DNA of 64,000 nucleotides from Phormidium sp. (GCA_051013385.1 CP143273.1:992001-1056000), one strand, 5' to 3'. Shown: positions 29,235-40,227, counted from the stretch's first letter. Numbers and translations: made by a program. Notes: generated by a model from the sequence alone, not told the origin.

Positions 29235-30167
29235 ATGATGCCTTTTCATTCTGGAGAAATCACTGTTCAAACTCGTGCAGGCGTGCGGGAAGATGCTGAA
29301 CGGATTGGAGAAGTAATTTGTAATACAGTTAAGCCTGCTGCTTTGAGTTTTCTTAGTACTCAGCAAATAGCGATCGCCAGTACGATCGCATCAAAGGACA
29401 CTATCTGGGCATCTTTGCTAACAGGATCACCTGGATTTATTCAAGTATTAAATGACCAAACAATCCAGATTGATTATACTTCTAATTTTACAGATATTCT
29501 CCAGAAAAATTTAGATGGTAATACTGAAATTGGCTTATTAATTATCGACTTATCCAACCGAAAGCGATTAAGATTAAATGGAAAAAAAAAGATGTGCCAA
29601 TCAGAGATGTTCCAGGTGGAAATTCAGCAAGCATTTTTCAACTGTCCTAAATATATTCAAACTCGTTATTTAGAAACTAGTGTGATCGCAGAATTACCCC
29701 CACCAGAAATTCACCAAAGAAATACTTTAAATTCAGCAGATGAAACCTGGATTAATCAAGCAGATACCTTTTTTATTGCCACTGCTAATTCTACACAAGG
29801 GGCTGATGCTTCTCATCGAGGAGGTTATCCAGGATTTGTTCAAATTATTAACTCTCAGACGTTACTTTTTCCAGATTATGCAGGTAATAATATGTTCCAA
29901 ACTCTGGGAAATTTAGCCCAAAATCCGCAAGCTGGGTTACTATTTATTGATTTCGAGCAAGGGCATACATTACAATTAACAGGACAGGCAGTAATTATTT
30001 GGGATACGGAACAGATTTCGACTTTTCTTGGCGCACAACGGTTGATAAGATTTGCGATCGATCGCGTAGTTGAAACCAGAAATGCTACAATTCTACGCTG
30101 GCAATTTGGAGAATATTCCCCGGCAAATCCAGCCTTGCCAGAAGGCAGCAACAAAAAAGATTTATAG
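29235..30167 (+). CDS. Pyridoxamine 5'-phosphate oxidase-like FMN-binding protein (two domains)
   Basis: FHSGE..VQ, RLRLNG, NCPKYIQ, DASHRGG, PDYAGN. Confidence 0.9.
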   Translation: MMPFHSGEITVQTRAGVREDAERIGEVICNTVKPAALSFLSTQQIAIASTIASKDTIWASLLTGSPGFIQVLNDQTIQIDYTSNFTDILQKNLDGNTEIGLLIIDLSNRKRLRLNGKKKMCQSEMFQVEIQQAFFNCPKYIQTRYLETSVIAELPPPEIHQRNTLNSADETWINQADTFFIATANSTQGADASHRGGYPGFVQIINSQTLLFPDYAGNNMFQTLGNLAQNPQAGLLFIDFEQGHTLQLTGQAVIIWDTEQISTFLGAQRLIRFAIDRVVETRNATILRWQFGEYSPANPALPEGSNKKDL

Positions 30168-30170
30168 ATA

Positions 30171-30275
30171 TAAGTAAAGTAAAAACTAAGGCGGGCAGGA
30201 TGCCCACCCCACAAGAGTAACAGCTTTCTTGTGGGGTGGGCATCCTGCCCGCCCCATCTTATTTACACCTACTTA
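30171..30275. mobile_element. TA-flanked MITE-like element with an internal 26-bp-stem REP-like hairpin
   Basis: TAAGTAAAGTAAA ... TTTACACCTACTTA ends; GCGGGCAGGATGCCCACCCCACAAGA and its perfect inverse. Confidence 0.65.
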
Positions 30276-30398
30276 AAAGCTTTTTAATCTTTTTAAAGTA
30301 TGGATCATTTCTATTTTTTAGATTAATAAAAAAATCCTTCTCCGTAAAAGAGAAGGATGTTTCAATATTTAGATTACAACAAAAGTGTGGTTTTGAAG

Positions 30399-30992
30399 TT
30401 AGCGAATTGTAATTTGTAATTGATAGTTGGCATTACCGCTATCTTTACCAATGAGAATTAGATAATCACCGCTGACGGGAAACCTTAGAATATCATCTCT
30501 GCCTGGAACCAGTTGTTGATTGTCTGGAGTGACGATCGCATTCACCACTGCATTATTTGCAGTAGAAGTAATGTCAAGAAGTAATTGTTGTCTGGCTCTT
30601 GCGTTAACAACATACACATCAAAATCCTCACGCACCGCAGCATTATTCACAATAGCTGAACTAGTACCAGCGGCAAAGATTACGCGGTACGATCGCACAT
30701 TAAAATTAGCTGGAGGAGACAAGTCATCGGGTATAGAAATTCCGATTAACGATGCCCAAGTTTGAGGCCCAACTACACCATCGATCGCCAGCGTAAATAC
30801 TTCTTGGAATCGTCTCACAGCGCGTTCTGTAATTGCACCAAAGATACCGTCCACAACTAACGCAGGTAATGCAACGCCGGGAATATTTCTTGTTGCATTG
30901 AGACGCTGTTGCAGTAAGGAAACATCTTCTCCTGTGCTACCCCGACGCAGAACAGACAAAGAACGAAAGGAAGTGGAAGTTGCTACTTGCAT
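30399..30992 (-). CDS. Peptidoglycan-binding domain protein with a C-terminal PPC-like beta domain
   Basis: LRRGSTGEDV..LQQRL, VDGIFG..TE.AVRRFQ, IDGVVGPQTW. Confidence 0.85.
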   Translation of the reverse strand: MQVATSTSFRSLSVLRRGSTGEDVSLLQQRLNATRNIPGVALPALVVDGIFGAITERAVRRFQEVFTLAIDGVVGPQTWASLIGISIPDDLSPPANFNVRSYRVIFAAGTSSAIVNNAAVREDFDVYVVNARARQQLLLDITSTANNAVVNAIVTPDNQQLVPGRDDILRFPVSGDYLILIGKDSGNANYQLQITIR

Positions 30993-31129
30993 AAGAAATT
31001 ACCTCATTTATGTTTATAGAGCCTTGGCTATATCTTGTGATGCTAAAGTTTTTATTTCAAACTTCATTTAATTAACGCATCAGAAAGATCGCCTGTCTAT
31101 TCCTGTTGTAAGTTTTATAGTTAATGAGC

Positions 31130-31229
31130 GTCGATACAGAAAAGTTAAGGAGATCAAAATTTGATTTAAAGAATTCAAAATCAATGAAGTTACCCTTGGC
31201 AAAAAAATCCTTAACTTTTCTGTATCGAC
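31130..31229. repeat. Perfect 22-bp inverted repeat with a 56-bp spacer in a divergent promoter region
   Basis: GTCGATACAGAAAAGTTAAGGA at 31130-31151 and its reverse complement at 31208-31229. Confidence 0.9.
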
Positions 31230-31293
31230 CTCAAGATTAGCTCATTCTATAAATAAGACATCATCAATTTTCAGTAAATTAGGAGAACCTCAA

Positions 31294-33342
31294 ATGGCAA
31301 CATTTAATGTTACTAGATATGACGATGTTGTTGACCCCAATGATAATCAATTGAGTGTGCGAGAAGCCGTCACCCAGGCGATGAATACGGTCGGAGATGA
31401 CATCATTAATATGAACGGGACTGTACGACTTAACCAGCCAATCGTTATTAGCCCCAATTCAGGAAGAATTACCTTTCAAGGCAATGGTGCCAACACCAGT
31501 GGCTTCAACGGACAAGATCGCACCCAAATTATGTTTGTCAACCAGGCAACTGTTAGCTTCTTCAACTTAGGGTTTTACAACGGCTATATCTACGGTGGAG
31601 ATGGACAAAAAGGCGGTGGCGGCGGCTTAGGGGCTGGCGGTGCCATATTTAACAATCGTGGCAATGTGACGGCAGATAGGGTTACTTTTTTTGCTAACCG
31701 AGCAGTGGGGGGTAATGGTGGCGGTACACTCCGAGACGGGGGAATAGGTGGTGATGCTCTTACTAGTGGCAATCCTGGTTTTGCTGGAGGGGCTGGCGGT
31801 ACATCCCTGTTTGGTAGTGCTCCCAGCACGGCAGGCACCAGAGGTGCAGCTGGGATCTACAACAACTCAAGTGCGATCGCCAATGGCGGCAACGGTGGCA
31901 ATGGCGGCAATGGCAATTTTGGTGTGGGCGGTGCCAGCGGCGGTGGCGGCGGCGGCGGTGAAGGCGGGGCAGGTCCTATATTTGCCCCTGGTAATGGGGG
32001 TAACGGTGGTAATGGCGGGGCGGGGGGCTTTGGTGCTGGTGGTGGTGGGGGCGGTGGTGCTGGTGGTGCTGGTGGCAACACACTAGGAGGTGCTGGGGCT
32101 TATAGTGGTACTGGGGGAAGGTACGGTGCTGGTGGTGCCTTCGCGGGTGCTGGCGGTTTCGGTGTTAGTCTCATTGGCTATGCTCCACCTACATCTTTGG
32201 GCGTTGGGTATTTGGGTAGCTCTGGTGGTGCTGGTGGTGGCGGTGCAGGTTTGGGTGGTGCCGTGTTTGTCAGGGAAGGTGGACTCTTTACCGTGACAAA
32301 CAGTAGCTTTATCAGCAATACTGCTACTGGTGGATTGGGAGGTAACTCCACTAACTCTGGGCAGGGACGAGGTGGTGCTTTATTCGTCCAGTCTGGTGGC
32401 ATTTTGTCTCATAACAACATAACGTTAAGCAACAACACTGCATCAACCGGAGATTTCGATACCAATGTCTGGCCCGTTAAAGTTAACCGAGGGGATGGCA
32501 CAGTTATAGTCGAAGACTTTACTGGAGTTGGCAAGGGTAACAATCCCTCGGAAGAAATACTATCTACCTTTGATGAACTGGTGTTTAAAGGTGCAGATTT
32601 AGTAGCTAAAAACTTGCTGCTGACTCAAGTTGGCGCTGATTTGGAAGTCAGTTTTGAAGGGGTTGACGATACCAAAGTCATCCTGAAAGATTTTGCTCTG
32701 GAAAATCTAGAAAACTTACCGATTCCCGGTGGACAGCACGGACAGGTTGGCAATATTGTATTTGATGGCGATACCCAACTTCAGGACAGTATCGATGTTT
32801 TTGATGCCGATTCCACCCAAGACCAGATTTGGAATCTTAACACGGTCACTTTCCTCAATGATCTTAATAATGATGTGGGTGGTTTTGCTAACTCCAACGA
32901 CATAATTAATGGTCAAGGCGGTAATGACACAATTCGGGCATTAAGTGGCGATGATATTGTGCGGGGTGGTGATGGTGATGACATCCTACGCGGTGGAGTT
33001 GGTGCTGATATCCTCATTGGTAATGCTGGGAATGACACCCTATATCTAGGAGGAAATCGCGATGTGGATACGGTTATCTACCGTAATGGTGATGGTAGTG
33101 ATATTGTCCACCAGTTTAATCTGGATGATGGCGATTTACTTCAGTTTGAAGAGATTGATGCGATCGATGTAGTAGTTGAGGGCAATAGCACTTTCTTGCG
33201 TCTCAGTGATGGAATCGAAAGCAATAGCGGGTTTGGTTCTGGTGAAATTCTTGCCGAATTGCGCGGTGTGACTGGATTTACGAAAGACAACATTGGTCTA
33301 AATCTAGCTACTGCCAATACTGCTCAATTTTTGTTTGCATAG
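31294..33342 (+). CDS. Glycine-rich surface protein with a CSLREA-like N-terminus and C-terminal RTX Ca-binding repeats
   Basis: QLSVREAV, GGA-type repeats, long GGxGG tract, GGDGDD/GNAGND nonapeptides; no signal peptide, suggesting type I secretion. Confidence 0.85.
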   Translation: MATFNVTRYDDVVDPNDNQLSVREAVTQAMNTVGDDIINMNGTVRLNQPIVISPNSGRITFQGNGANTSGFNGQDRTQIMFVNQATVSFFNLGFYNGYIYGGDGQKGGGGGLGAGGAIFNNRGNVTADRVTFFANRAVGGNGGGTLRDGGIGGDALTSGNPGFAGGAGGTSLFGSAPSTAGTRGAAGIYNNSSAIANGGNGGNGGNGNFGVGGASGGGGGGGEGGAGPIFAPGNGGNGGNGGAGGFGAGGGGGGGAGGAGGNTLGGAGAYSGTGGRYGAGGAFAGAGGFGVSLIGYAPPTSLGVGYLGSSGGAGGGGAGLGGAVFVREGGLFTVTNSSFISNTATGGLGGNSTNSGQGRGGALFVQSGGILSHNNITLSNNTASTGDFDTNVWPVKVNRGDGTVIVEDFTGVGKGNNPSEEILSTFDELVFKGADLVAKNLLLTQVGADLEVSFEGVDDTKVILKDFALENLENLPIPGGQHGQVGNIVFDGDTQLQDSIDVFDADSTQDQIWNLNTVTFLNDLNNDVGGFANSNDIINGQGGNDTIRALSGDDIVRGGDGDDILRGGVGADILIGNAGNDTLYLGGNRDVDTVIYRNGDGSDIVHQFNLDDGDLLQFEEIDAIDVVVEGNSTFLRLSDGIESNSGFGSGEILAELRGVTGFTKDNIGLNLATANTAQFLFA

Positions 33343-33419
33343 TTCTCAATGTAACTTTCTTTTTTCAATTGTATCAATAAATCATTCAAACACAGCAAAT
33401 ACTTTTTGGAGGAATTACT

Positions 33420-33671
33420 ATGCAACTCGTAAATCGCGGTGTTAGCTATTCTGATACATCTTCATTGTTACAAAATAATACCCAGCTTTGCTATCGGGGT
33501 GCTAAATATTTCCCTACAGTTTCATCAGCCCGAAATAATATCCAGCTTTCTTATCGAGGTAATAAATATTGTTCCGTAGGTTCTCCTGCGATCGCACCAG
33601 TAGCAACCCAAAAACTCTCCTATCGCGGTACTACCTACTATCGTGGAGAGCTAGTTGACACTTTAAATTAG
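33420..33671 (+). CDS. DUF4278-like small protein
   Basis: Four L-x-(Y/N)RG..Y repeats; GGAGG RBS. Confidence 0.8.
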   Translation: MQLVNRGVSYSDTSSLLQNNTQLCYRGAKYFPTVSSARNNIQLSYRGNKYCSVGSPAIAPVATQKLSYRGTTYYRGELVDTLN

Positions 33672-33709
33672 TCGCTGCCAGGTAACAAATTGCTTTTGAT
33701 GAGAGTGGA

Positions 33710-33830
33710 CTGAGATCTTGCAACATTCTTAACAAGCCTGGAAAAACCGGGTTTCTTGACGGAAAATATAAGGTTTTAGGGTTAGTTATTTGCAAGAAAC
33801 CCGGTTTTTAGCCCGGGTGTAAGATCTGAG
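33710..33830. mobile_element. CTNAGATCTTGCACC-ended MITE, copy 3
   Basis: TIR; 4-bp TSD TGGA; internal AAAAACCGGGTTTCTTG palindrome. Confidence 0.88.
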
Positions 33831-33868
33831 TGGAAACGATCGCTCTGGTTCAAGAATTGGAACGATCG

Positions 33869-33994
33869 CAATACTGCTCGGTTAAGTATTTTTTGCCTTT
33901 GTAGGGGCGAAGCAAACGGATCAGAAAATCTAGGGTTTGAGCCAAAAATTGTCGCCCGAATGCTTCGCCCCTACCCAAAACCCGAACAGTATTG
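33869..33994. mobile_element. CAATAC-ended MITE, copy 2
   Basis: TIR; perfect 10-bp TSD GGAACGATCG. Confidence 0.9.
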
Positions 33995-34181
33995 GGAACG
34001 ATCGCTTTTTACTGACGAAAGAAATCCGAATTATATACAATTAACCAAGTGCAGTGTAGCAGAAGTAACTATTCAAATTTTCTAACAGGGTGTATGCAAC
34101 TTTTAGATTAGCTAATTGCTACTGGGTGCAACCTACAATCAGGTATTAGCTTAATGCTTGCTCAACTCTGTTATAGGTATT

Positions 34182-35696
34182 ATGATCCAAAAAAATATTT
34201 ACGCTTTATTTAGCGCGATCGCAAGTAAACCTGCCCGTTCCAGTGATAAAGTAAACAACATAACTCATTCACAGTCACTTTCCTTGAAAACTCATCTCTT
34301 TGATTTTTGCAAAACTCGGCTCTCACGGCGAATTGCTCTCTCTGTCTTTGCCAGTTTTATAGTAATTGAGGGAGTGGTTTTTATTCCTTCTGTCAACCAA
34401 AAGAGTCAGGAACTAGAAAATCAACTCAAAGAGGTGACTTCAGCAAAAATTGAGTGGATTGTTCGGACTTACCCAAATGCCTCTTCAGAGGAGTTACTAA
34501 CTCATATTCAAGCACTTCAAAATAAACCTATGCTAAAAGATTTGTTGGGAGGTGTGTTATATCGAGCTTCAGATGGTAAAGAGTTAGGTAAGTTTGGCGA
34601 ACAACCCAGTTTATCCTGGGAGATGATCAGCCAACAACAAATGCGACAAAGATGGTTTCAATTTGAGCGACGCTATGATGCTGTTTGGTTCCCAAAAGAA
34701 ATGGGGAATGATTATCTTTTGATTATTCGTCACGATGCACTCTCAATTGAACAAGAACTCTATATCTATGTGGCTAGAGTTGTGGGAATTGTGTTACTAA
34801 TCTCTGCGTTTATTACCTTTGTGACGATGAGTGTGGTGCAATCTGTGGTGATTGTGCCGATTTTAAAACTGCGAGATAGTTTGATGGCAGCTTCGATCGC
34901 CTTACAACAAGATGGAATTAACCCAAAATGTTATTTAATGGCGGTAAATCGTCAGGATGAATTGGGAGAAGTGATCGCTGCTTTTAATGAGTCATTTTTG
35001 CGAAATTATGAAGAGATGAGTCGCCGCAAACAGGCGGAAGCAGAAGCTCAAACGGAACGAGAAAAAGCAGAAAAATTGCTGTTAAATATTTTACCAGAAC
35101 CGATCGCCCAAGAATTAAAACAAGGTCGCCGTAGCATTTGTGATGGCTTTGCCGAAGTGAGTGTTTTGTTTGCTGATATTGTTGGCTTTACGACTCTCTC
35201 AACCCTAATTTCTCCCGATGAATTAGTCGCTTTGCTCAATCAAATTTTCTCCACCTTTGATGATTTGAGCGATCGGCATGGCTTAGAGAAAATTAAAACG
35301 ATTGGCGATAATTACATGGTAGCTGGAGGTTTACCGATTCCGCGCCCCGATCATGCTGAAGCGATCGCTCAGATGGCTTTAGATATGCAAGATGCGATCG
35401 CCAAACTAGACTTTCAAGTTGAAGGCATGGAACCCCTCAGCTTGCGAATTGGCATTAATACTGGGCCTGTTATTGCTGGGGTAATTGGTAGTAAAAAATT
35501 TATCTACGATTTGTGGGGAGATGCCGTCAATACTGCCAGTCGGATGGAATCTCATAGTTTACCCGGTTGTATTCAGGTAACAGAAGCAACATATCAATGT
35601 TTGAAAGACAAATACTTATTTGAAAAACGAGGTAAACTCACAGTTAAGGGAAAGGGAGAAATGGTTACTTACTGGCTCAAAGGAAGACACCCGTAA
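34182..35696 (+). CDS. Membrane-bound class III adenylate cyclase (2 TM, HAMP, cyclase domain)
   Basis: VLFADIVGFT, KIKTIGD (Lys), YDLWGDAVNTASRMES (Asp), consistent with ATP specificity; start could be 34158. Confidence 0.9.
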   Translation: MIQKNIYALFSAIASKPARSSDKVNNITHSQSLSLKTHLFDFCKTRLSRRIALSVFASFIVIEGVVFIPSVNQKSQELENQLKEVTSAKIEWIVRTYPNASSEELLTHIQALQNKPMLKDLLGGVLYRASDGKELGKFGEQPSLSWEMISQQQMRQRWFQFERRYDAVWFPKEMGNDYLLIIRHDALSIEQELYIYVARVVGIVLLISAFITFVTMSVVQSVVIVPILKLRDSLMAASIALQQDGINPKCYLMAVNRQDELGEVIAAFNESFLRNYEEMSRRKQAEAEAQTEREKAEKLLLNILPEPIAQELKQGRRSICDGFAEVSVLFADIVGFTTLSTLISPDELVALLNQIFSTFDDLSDRHGLEKIKTIGDNYMVAGGLPIPRPDHAEAIAQMALDMQDAIAKLDFQVEGMEPLSLRIGINTGPVIAGVIGSKKFIYDLWGDAVNTASRMESHSLPGCIQVTEATYQCLKDKYLFEKRGKLTVKGKGEMVTYWLKGRHP

Positions 35697-35753
35697 CCTT
35701 TTATTGCTATTAACTCAAGTTGCTAGTTATATTGAGTAGGGTATGTCAGATAT

Positions 35754-35901
35754 CAATACTGCTCGGTTAACGATTTTTCCCTTTGTAGGGGCGAACGCGA
35801 GTGCGTGCCGTAGGCATTAGCATTCGGGCAGAAAATCTAGGGTTTGAGTCATAAATTGTTGCCCGAATGCTTCGCCCCTACTCAAAACCTGATCGGTATT
35901 A
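35754..35901. mobile_element. CAATAC-ended MITE, copy 3 (carries a 24-nt insert)
   Basis: TIR; TSD TGTCAGATAT/ACTCAGATAT. Confidence 0.85.
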
Positions 35902-35927
35902 ACTCAGATATTTAGTTTCAAGTTGAC

Positions 35928-38900
35928 TTATAATTTACCAGTTAGTTTTCTTTGAAGAAGCTGAGAAATTGGTAAATCGATCGCGAACTTAGTACCTGAT
36001 CCCTCTGTGGAAAAACACTGCAAATGACCCTGATGATTTTCGGTGACAATTTGATAGCTAGTTGCTAACCCCATTCCCGTACCTTTCCCCACAGGTTTAG
36101 TAGTAAAAAAGGGATCAAATATTTTTTCTTGCACTTGCTGACTGATGCCACAACCATTATCTTCAAAGGAGATGAAAACCTGATTTTCCTCGGTCATAGA
36201 AGTGCTAATTGTAATCATGCCAATATAATCTAATTTTGCTTTGGGTTCTAGGCTTTGTCGCCGTTCTTCGATCGCATCAATAGCATTAAGCAACAAATTC
36301 ATAAACACCTGATTTAATAAACCACCATAACATTCAATAGGGGGTAATTTACCATAATTTTTCCTGAGATTAATGTCTGGATTTCCTCCCCGACCATGCA
36401 AGCGATTTTGTAAAATTACTAAGCTACTCTCGATATTTTCGTGCAAATCTATTTCTTTTAAATCTGCTTCATCAAGGCGGGAAAAAGTCCGCATCGACTT
36501 GACAATATCTCTAATGCGTGTGGCTCCAGTTTTCATCGATGCTAGCAACTTATAAAAATCACTGACTAGATACTCAAAGTCTATTTCTGCGATAAAATCA
36601 TCAATCTCTTGGTGTGGACTAGGATAATGCTCTTGGTACAGTTGAATTAGGTCAACTAAGTCTTTAGCATAGTCAGAAGCGTGTTGCAGATTGCCAAAGA
36701 TAAAACTGACGGGGTTATTAATTTCATGGGCAATTCCGCCGACTAACTGCCCCAAACTCGACATTTTTTCGGCTTGAATTAATTGAGTTTGCGTATTTTG
36801 CAATTTCTTCAGGGTGGCAGCTAATTCTTCCGCTTGTTGCCTGAGTTGAATTTCTGATTGACGCAATGCTGTTTCTGCTTGTATCCGTTCTATTTCTGCA
36901 CCTGCACGAGTGGCAAAGATTTTCAAAATAGCAGATTGCATTTCTAGATCTTGTACCATTGGTTTATTGTCTAAAACTGCCAGCAATCCCAAACGATTAC
37001 CCGCTGCATTGACAATTGGCAAAGCAGCATAACTTTCAGCTTGGAGGCAGATTAAATCACCATCTTCCGAATCGAAAGATGCTCCTGATTTTTGATAGCG
37101 ATATACCGCAGTATTGCTCTGAATATTTTTACAGGGTCGCTTGTTACAAGTTGTTCCGGTTAAATTGCAAGTAAAATTATCAGCAAAGTCTTCTCCTGCC
37201 CAAAATGCCAGAGTTTTGGCGCTTGATTGTTCTGCATCAATATATTCAGTGATAATCGCATAACGAACTTCTAAAACTTGAGCGATATATTGAACGCAAC
37301 TTTGGAAGAATTCTGCGCCTGTTTTTGCTGCTGTTCCTTCGACGATTAAGCGGAGAGCTTGTTCTTGACGTTTGCGATCGGTTATATCAGTTACCGTACC
37401 CACATATCCTTCGATTTCACCTTCGCTATCAATCAAAGGTAAGGCTTTACCAATTACCCAAGCGGTAGTATTATCGGGTCGCAAAAAGCGATATTCGGAG
37501 TGAAATTCTTTTTTGATTGTGGCGATTTCATACCATTCTTTAAAAATGCGTTCTCGATCTTCAGGATGAAGTGTTTTCGACCAATCTACCAGAGCTTCTT
37601 CTTTGGTTAATCCGGTAGTTTGCAACCAAGTTTGATTAACATAAAGACAGTGACCCTGAGCATCAGTTAAAAATACGCCAATTGGTGATGCTTCTGCTAG
37701 GGTTTCATAGCGTTTTTGGCTTTGTTGAACTAGGGCTTCGGCTTGTTTGCGATCGCTAATATCAAAGTTAACCCCAATCATTTTTTGCGGATTACCTTCT
37801 GCGTCGCGCAAAACTAAACCGAATGCTTTAATAAAATGAATACTACCATCAGGATGAATCACCCGAAATTCGGGATCGAATTCTGCTTTTCCTAATACTG
37901 TTTGCTGGATTAATGTTTCGCAGGCATCTCGATCGTCAGGATGTAGCCCGGTTGCCCAAATGTCGTAAACTAATCTGGTATCAGAGTCTTTGGTTACGCC
38001 ATATAACTCGTACATTCTATCATCCCAAAGCAGCGTATTCTGTACGATATCCCATTCCCAACAACCAATTGCCCCTGACTTAAGTGCTAAGGATAAACGC
38101 TCAGATATTTCGTTTAGTTTAGCTTCGGCAAGTTTATGTTCGGTAATATCTCGTGCCGCCGCATAAATTACATCTCCACAGGGAGTAGAACGCCATTCAA
38201 TATATCGATAAGTACCATCTTTGGCACGATAGCGGTTAGTGAATTGAGTAATTGATTTTTGCTCGCTCAAATCAGACATTACTGCTAAGGTGGCAGCGAT
38301 ATCATCAGGATGAACTAAATCAAGAAACAGTTGACCTTCTAGTTCGGAAATACTATAGCCGAGAGTTGTTTCCCAAGCACGATTTAGGCGGCGAAAACGA
38401 CCGCTAAAATCTGCAATACAGAGAAGATCGAGAGCAAGACTAAAAAATTGTTCCAGTTCTAATTCTGTGATTTTGCGATCGCTAATATCGCTATGGGTGC
38501 CAATAAACCGCAAAGGTTCACCATATTTATTCCATTCTACTATTCGACCACGAGCTAAAATCCATTTATAGGAACCATCTTTACAACGTAGGCGATGTTC
38601 ATGGTGATAAGCAGGAGTTTTGCCGTTTAGATGTTTGGCAACTTCTTCATAGCATTGAAATTTATCATCAGGATGGCATCGACTATCCCATTCTTCTAAG
38701 GCATTAATAATTTCATCTTCTGCGTAGCCCAGCATTGCTTTCCACTGTCGGGAAAAGATAATTTCATTTGTTTGGAGGTTCCAATCCCAAGTGCCATCTC
38801 CAGCACTTTCGATCGCCAACTGCCAGCGGCTATTGCTTGCCTGTAAAGCAATTTCTGCTTGTTTTTGCTCCTGAATATAACGGGCTATTCCTAAACAGGA

Positions 38901-39884
38901 AACTACTTGTCCTGCTTGATTTCGCAATCCTGAAAAATTTGCCGAATGCCAGTAATAATTCCCATCCTGATATAATATTCGATATTCGATTCCCCGCAGT
39001 TTCTCTCCTTGCAAAGAGCGCTGAATTGCATCTACACAAGTTGGTAAATCTTCGGGATAAATCCACTGATAAAAAGCATAATCTAACAATTCTGCTGGTT
39101 CATATCCCAGAATTTCTTTCAAGTTGGGACTGAGATAGTTAAATGTAGCATCTGGATTGAGGATATAAACCAGATCATTGAGGTTTTCAATGATGTTACG
39201 GAATTTTTCTTCATTGTTTTGCAGAGCGATGTCTGTGGCTTTGCTATCTGTAATATCCTGAATATAGCCTTGCCAAAGGATACTGCCATCTGGTTCTTGG
39301 TGGCGTGTAAAACGATCGATAAGTCTGGGGATATGGTAAGCAATTTGTTTGCCGGAATGACTGTGTACAGGAGTAGCTGATCTCACAGATTTAATCGCTG
39401 TTTCCTGTAGTTGAGCTTGCGTGTGTGTGAGTTTCTCTTTAAGCTCTTTCAGTTCTCGAATTTGGACTTCTGCCTCTTTGCTTTTGGTAATATCTCGCAT
39501 TACTGATAGATGCTGATGGGGAAAAAAGTTGGCAGTTGCCGCATATTCCACTACGCGGATCTCCCCATCACTTCGTACTAAGCGCATCTCACCCCGTACT
39601 TTTTCTCGTTGGGTAAATTCTTGCCACAGCTGAATAAAATTAAATTCCGGTGCGACAAAATCAGCAATGCAGTGTTTTAATAGTTCTTTCTTGTCTAGAC
39701 CAAATAATTCGCAAGCGGCACAGTTTACATCTAGGTAATGTCCTTGATCGTCGGCGATTATGATCGCATCTAGTACTGTTTCAAATAGTATCTGTAATTG
39801 CCGATCGTTGGGTGATATTACAGTGCGATCGTCTTCATCAAGCGACGAATTGCTATTTTGGCTGTTAGAGCAAGTTGGAAACAT
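35928..39884 (-). CDS. Multi-PAS + GAF histidine kinase
   Basis: About six PAS domains, GAF, GIAHEINNP, NLLLNA, GKGTGMGL. Confidence 0.92.
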   Translation of the reverse strand: MFPTCSNSQNSNSSLDEDDRTVISPNDRQLQILFETVLDAIIIADDQGHYLDVNCAACELFGLDKKELLKHCIADFVAPEFNFIQLWQEFTQREKVRGEMRLVRSDGEIRVVEYAATANFFPHQHLSVMRDITKSKEAEVQIRELKELKEKLTHTQAQLQETAIKSVRSATPVHSHSGKQIAYHIPRLIDRFTRHQEPDGSILWQGYIQDITDSKATDIALQNNEEKFRNIIENLNDLVYILNPDATFNYLSPNLKEILGYEPAELLDYAFYQWIYPEDLPTCVDAIQRSLQGEKLRGIEYRILYQDGNYYWHSANFSGLRNQAGQVVSCLGIARYIQEQKQAEIALQASNSRWQLAIESAGDGTWDWNLQTNEIIFSRQWKAMLGYAEDEIINALEEWDSRCHPDDKFQCYEEVAKHLNGKTPAYHHEHRLRCKDGSYKWILARGRIVEWNKYGEPLRFIGTHSDISDRKITELELEQFFSLALDLLCIADFSGRFRRLNRAWETTLGYSISELEGQLFLDLVHPDDIAATLAVMSDLSEQKSITQFTNRYRAKDGTYRYIEWRSTPCGDVIYAAARDITEHKLAEAKLNEISERLSLALKSGAIGCWEWDIVQNTLLWDDRMYELYGVTKDSDTRLVYDIWATGLHPDDRDACETLIQQTVLGKAEFDPEFRVIHPDGSIHFIKAFGLVLRDAEGNPQKMIGVNFDISDRKQAEALVQQSQKRYETLAEASPIGVFLTDAQGHCLYVNQTWLQTTGLTKEEALVDWSKTLHPEDRERIFKEWYEIATIKKEFHSEYRFLRPDNTTAWVIGKALPLIDSEGEIEGYVGTVTDITDRKRQEQALRLIVEGTAAKTGAEFFQSCVQYIAQVLEVRYAIITEYIDAEQSSAKTLAFWAGEDFADNFTCNLTGTTCNKRPCKNIQSNTAVYRYQKSGASFDSEDGDLICLQAESYAALPIVNAAGNRLGLLAVLDNKPMVQDLEMQSAILKIFATRAGAEIERIQAETALRQSEIQLRQQAEELAATLKKLQNTQTQLIQAEKMSSLGQLVGGIAHEINNPVSFIFGNLQHASDYAKDLVDLIQLYQEHYPSPHQEIDDFIAEIDFEYLVSDFYKLLASMKTGATRIRDIVKSMRTFSRLDEADLKEIDLHENIESSLVILQNRLHGRGGNPDINLRKNYGKLPPIECYGGLLNQVFMNLLLNAIDAIEERRQSLEPKAKLDYIGMITISTSMTEENQVFISFEDNGCGISQQVQEKIFDPFFTTKPVGKGTGMGLATSYQIVTENHQGHLQCFSTEGSGTKFAIDLPISQLLQRKLTGKL

Positions 39885-40227
39885 ATCATAGCCAACTGAA
39901 CTTTATACTATATTTTACCCTTTCTTAACTACAGCAACAAATAAATAAAAGTTGGTCAGGTAATTTTGTTAGCAAATTTCCCTTACTTTCCGGCAGGCTT
40001 CAATTTAGTTTCGTCGCTAGGTCTACCGATATATGTAAGGTTTTTCAGATAGGAAAAGTCTACTGTCATTAGTCAAAATCGTAAACTTTTCTGAAGGATT
40101 TAATTACATATAGCCAAATTCTACTCCGATGATGTTGTAGAATTGTTGCGAGTTTTGCTGCTAGGTAGCTAAGCCGTTCCAGTATGAAATTAGTAATCAG
40201 AGCAATGGATAAAGTTTGTAATTAACT

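Noticed and set aside
31590..32402. Pro-rich minus-strand ORFs and alternative-frame ORFs
   Set aside because: Shadows of the Gly-rich coding tract
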